Shown: in pieces, positions 34,631 to 39,597 of the stretch
Position numbering within the stretch: the stretch's first letter is position 1
How the letters are laid out: each line of letters starts with the position of its first letter
IMG/VR virus record: IMGVR_UViG_3300032190_000027
Coordinates: 1-39,597 of that record
Direction: 5' to 3' (one strand)
DNA length: 39,597 nt
Source of the DNA: a virus
Taxonomy: Duplodnaviria; Caudoviricetes
Program-made: the position numbers and the translations under genes
The notes under the pieces: generated by a model
What the model saw: only the letters and a program-made list of their open reading frames with translations
Databases searched by the model: none
Told to the model about the DNA's origin: nothing

Positions 34631-35130
34631 GCGTTCTCTTCTTCGACCACTGCGTCGGCAAGAGCATTCCCGAAGCTCTCCGCAGGCTCAATCCACCAGC
34701 AAGAATAAAATACTGGCAAAAGCAGTTCCGACGCACCACGGAGCACCGTGGCGACAAGCACTGGATACCGATTGTCGCCCGACAGGGCTGGATTATCATC
34801 TCGTTTGACAGCAAGTTCCGAGAGCGTGAGGCTGAGCTCAGAGCGATGGTTGACAGTAGCGCTGGCTGCTTCTGCTATTGGGGAGGGAACGCCACCACCT
34901 GGGTCCGCTTCAAGCTCCTCGCTCGCACCCTCGACCGTGTGCTGCAGCTTGCCAACTCAACGCCGCGGCCGTTTCTCTTTCGTGTCGACAGGAGGGGACG
35001 CATTAGACAGCTCCAGCTGCCGCCCGCAGCTGAGCTCCGGGGTGCACCGCCTCAGGTGGCAGCTGAGCACGATAACTGCTACTTCCTGAAGGATTCGCGC
35101 ACCCCAGGTTCGAACACATGTTCTCCCTAA
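34627..35130 (+). CDS. PIN-like toxin (VapC45-like)
   Basis: FFDHCVG, D..WI..VA..GWIIISFD..R.RE.E motifs; ATGA-coupled to the DUF433 gene. Confidence 0.85.
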   Translation: MSVLFFDHCVGKSIPEALRRLNPPARIKYWQKQFRRTTEHRGDKHWIPIVARQGWIIISFDSKFREREAELRAMVDSSAGCFCYWGGNATTWVRFKLLARTLDRVLQLANSTPRPFLFRVDRRGRIRQLQLPPAAELRGAPPQVAAEHDNCYFLKDSRTPGSNTCSP

Positions 35131-35158
35131 TATTCGACGCGGAATAAGCTGAGCTCGG

Positions 35159-35671
35159 GTGGTGGTGGCCCTGAGCCGGTGGCACGATTCTGTTCGGCTG
35201 GCCAGGCAGATCCTGGAGCGGTGCGGCTACCTCGACACCTACCGTCTCCGTCCTCGGCTAGACCTCGCGGCGCTGCTCAAGCAGTACGGCCTCGCCTGGC
35301 ACCGACGCCCCTTCACGAACCTGGCCGGCGCCCTCATCCAAGTGGACGGGGCGTATCACGTCGTCACGAACAGCCGGGAGCGGTCATCTCGGCAGAGGTT
35401 CAGTGCAGCCCACGAGCTGAAGCACTTCCTCACAGACCGGCACCTCGCCGACATCTTCTACTGCAGCCGGACGAGCGACCGAGGCATCGAGAGGGCGGCC
35501 AACATCTTCGCGAGGGAGCTCCTCATGCCGGCCGAGACGGTCCGCTTTCTCTGGGAGCGGGGGTTCTACGGTCCGGAGGAGATCGGCAGGGTGTTAGGGG
35601 TGAGCTTCCAGGCGGCGGCCCACAGGCTAGAGGAGGTGATGACACGGCAGGTTCGCATCAGGTGGGAGTAA
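35159..35671 (+). CDS. ImmA/IrrE-family metallopeptidase
   Basis: RQRFSAAHELKH (HExxH) and E..AN.FA.ELLMP. Confidence 0.92.
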   Translation: MVVALSRWHDSVRLARQILERCGYLDTYRLRPRLDLAALLKQYGLAWHRRPFTNLAGALIQVDGAYHVVTNSRERSSRQRFSAAHELKHFLTDRHLADIFYCSRTSDRGIERAANIFARELLMPAETVRFLWERGFYGPEEIGRVLGVSFQAAAHRLEEVMTRQVRIRWE

Positions 35672-35723
35672 GAGAGCGAGACAGTGCTTAGCCATCCCAT
35701 GCAGTAAAGAGGGGTGTCAACGA

Positions 35724-36260
35724 ATGGACCTGTCAGTCCTAGCCAACCTTCTTCTGGCCGGCATCACGGCCGTGTACGTTTTCCTCACGCACCAAATCCT
35801 TCGGGAGTCCAAGCTGTCACGCTTAGCCACCACCCGCTCTTGGGTCGTAGCAGATTTCGAGGATGCCGGGGACGCGCTCTTCTATGTCGTTCAGAACATC
35901 GGAAGGAGTACTGCGAGGGACGTTCTGGTGGAAACCAACCCGCCGCTCGTGACCCGGACTGGCCGCGACCTGTCCCGACTGAGGCTGGCCGCCTTAGCTC
36001 CGGGCGCGCGCAGAACGTTCTTCTTTGATCTGGGCTCGTCCATCTTCTCAGGAAACAAGCCCCTGTTGTACCGGCTTCGTGTATCCTGGTCTGACCCAGA
36101 GGAAGGCAAACTCAGTCATTGCTACGAACTAGACGTTGAGTCGTACCGAGCCACCCACGCGGGTAAATCGGAAACTGAGCAATTCCACGCAGACCTTGTG
36201 GCCGCAGTCAAGAGCGTGGCCACAGCCATAAGCAGGGACCGCCAACTGCGTAAGTACTAA
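35724..36260 (+). CDS. Membrane-anchored hypothetical protein with a beta-sandwich-like domain
   Basis: N-terminal TM LLLAGITAVYVFLT; VQNIG.S.A.DV motif. Confidence 0.8.
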   Translation: MDLSVLANLLLAGITAVYVFLTHQILRESKLSRLATTRSWVVADFEDAGDALFYVVQNIGRSTARDVLVETNPPLVTRTGRDLSRLRLAALAPGARRTFFFDLGSSIFSGNKPLLYRLRVSWSDPEEGKLSHCYELDVESYRATHAGKSETEQFHADLVAAVKSVATAISRDRQLRKY

Positions 36261-36263
36261 ACG

Positions 36264-36297
36264 GGGGGTCTGCCAGCGCACCGCACGGCAGACCCCC
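36264..36297. terminator. Hairpin between convergent genes
   Basis: 11-bp stem GGGGGTCTGCC/GGCAGACCCCC. Confidence 0.7.
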
Positions 36298-36311
36298 AAC
36301 CAGTGGAGGCA

Positions 36312-39597
<3,286 letters not shown>

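Overview
The whole window is a high-GC temperate siphovirus-type prophage. Strong AGGAGG RBSs and sigmaA-type promoters suggest a high-GC Bacillota host (inference). On the minus strand, reading right to left, are Cro and early genes, a putative annealase-SbcD-SbcC recombination module, a DUF559 nuclease, a replication initiator with DnaC-like loader, ParB, LysM-M23 peptidase, RusA and a late regulator. These are followed by terminase, portal, MuF-type minor head protein, protease/scaffold, capsid, connector and tail genes. On the plus strand are the CI-like repressor, an accessory block (TPR protein, DUF433/PIN toxin-antitoxin pair, ImmA/IrrE protease, membrane proteins) and a large serine integrase, with an antisense MTase-nuclease fusion before the integrase. 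Lysis genes and att sites are not in the window. Highlights: (1) a MuF head protein with a Gly-linked C-terminal BECR-like toxin domain and an adjacent candidate immunity gene; (2) a tail chaperone apparently extended by a +1 frameshift at CCC_UUU_CGC; (3) a four-way-junction RNA with an anti-Shine-Dalgarno loop upstream of the DUF559 nuclease; (4) an antisense membrane-protein moron inside the tail operon; (5) an unannotated 54-aa head-module ORF with a PRGPDGKF motif. All family calls are by-eye motif and synteny recognition; no database searches were run.
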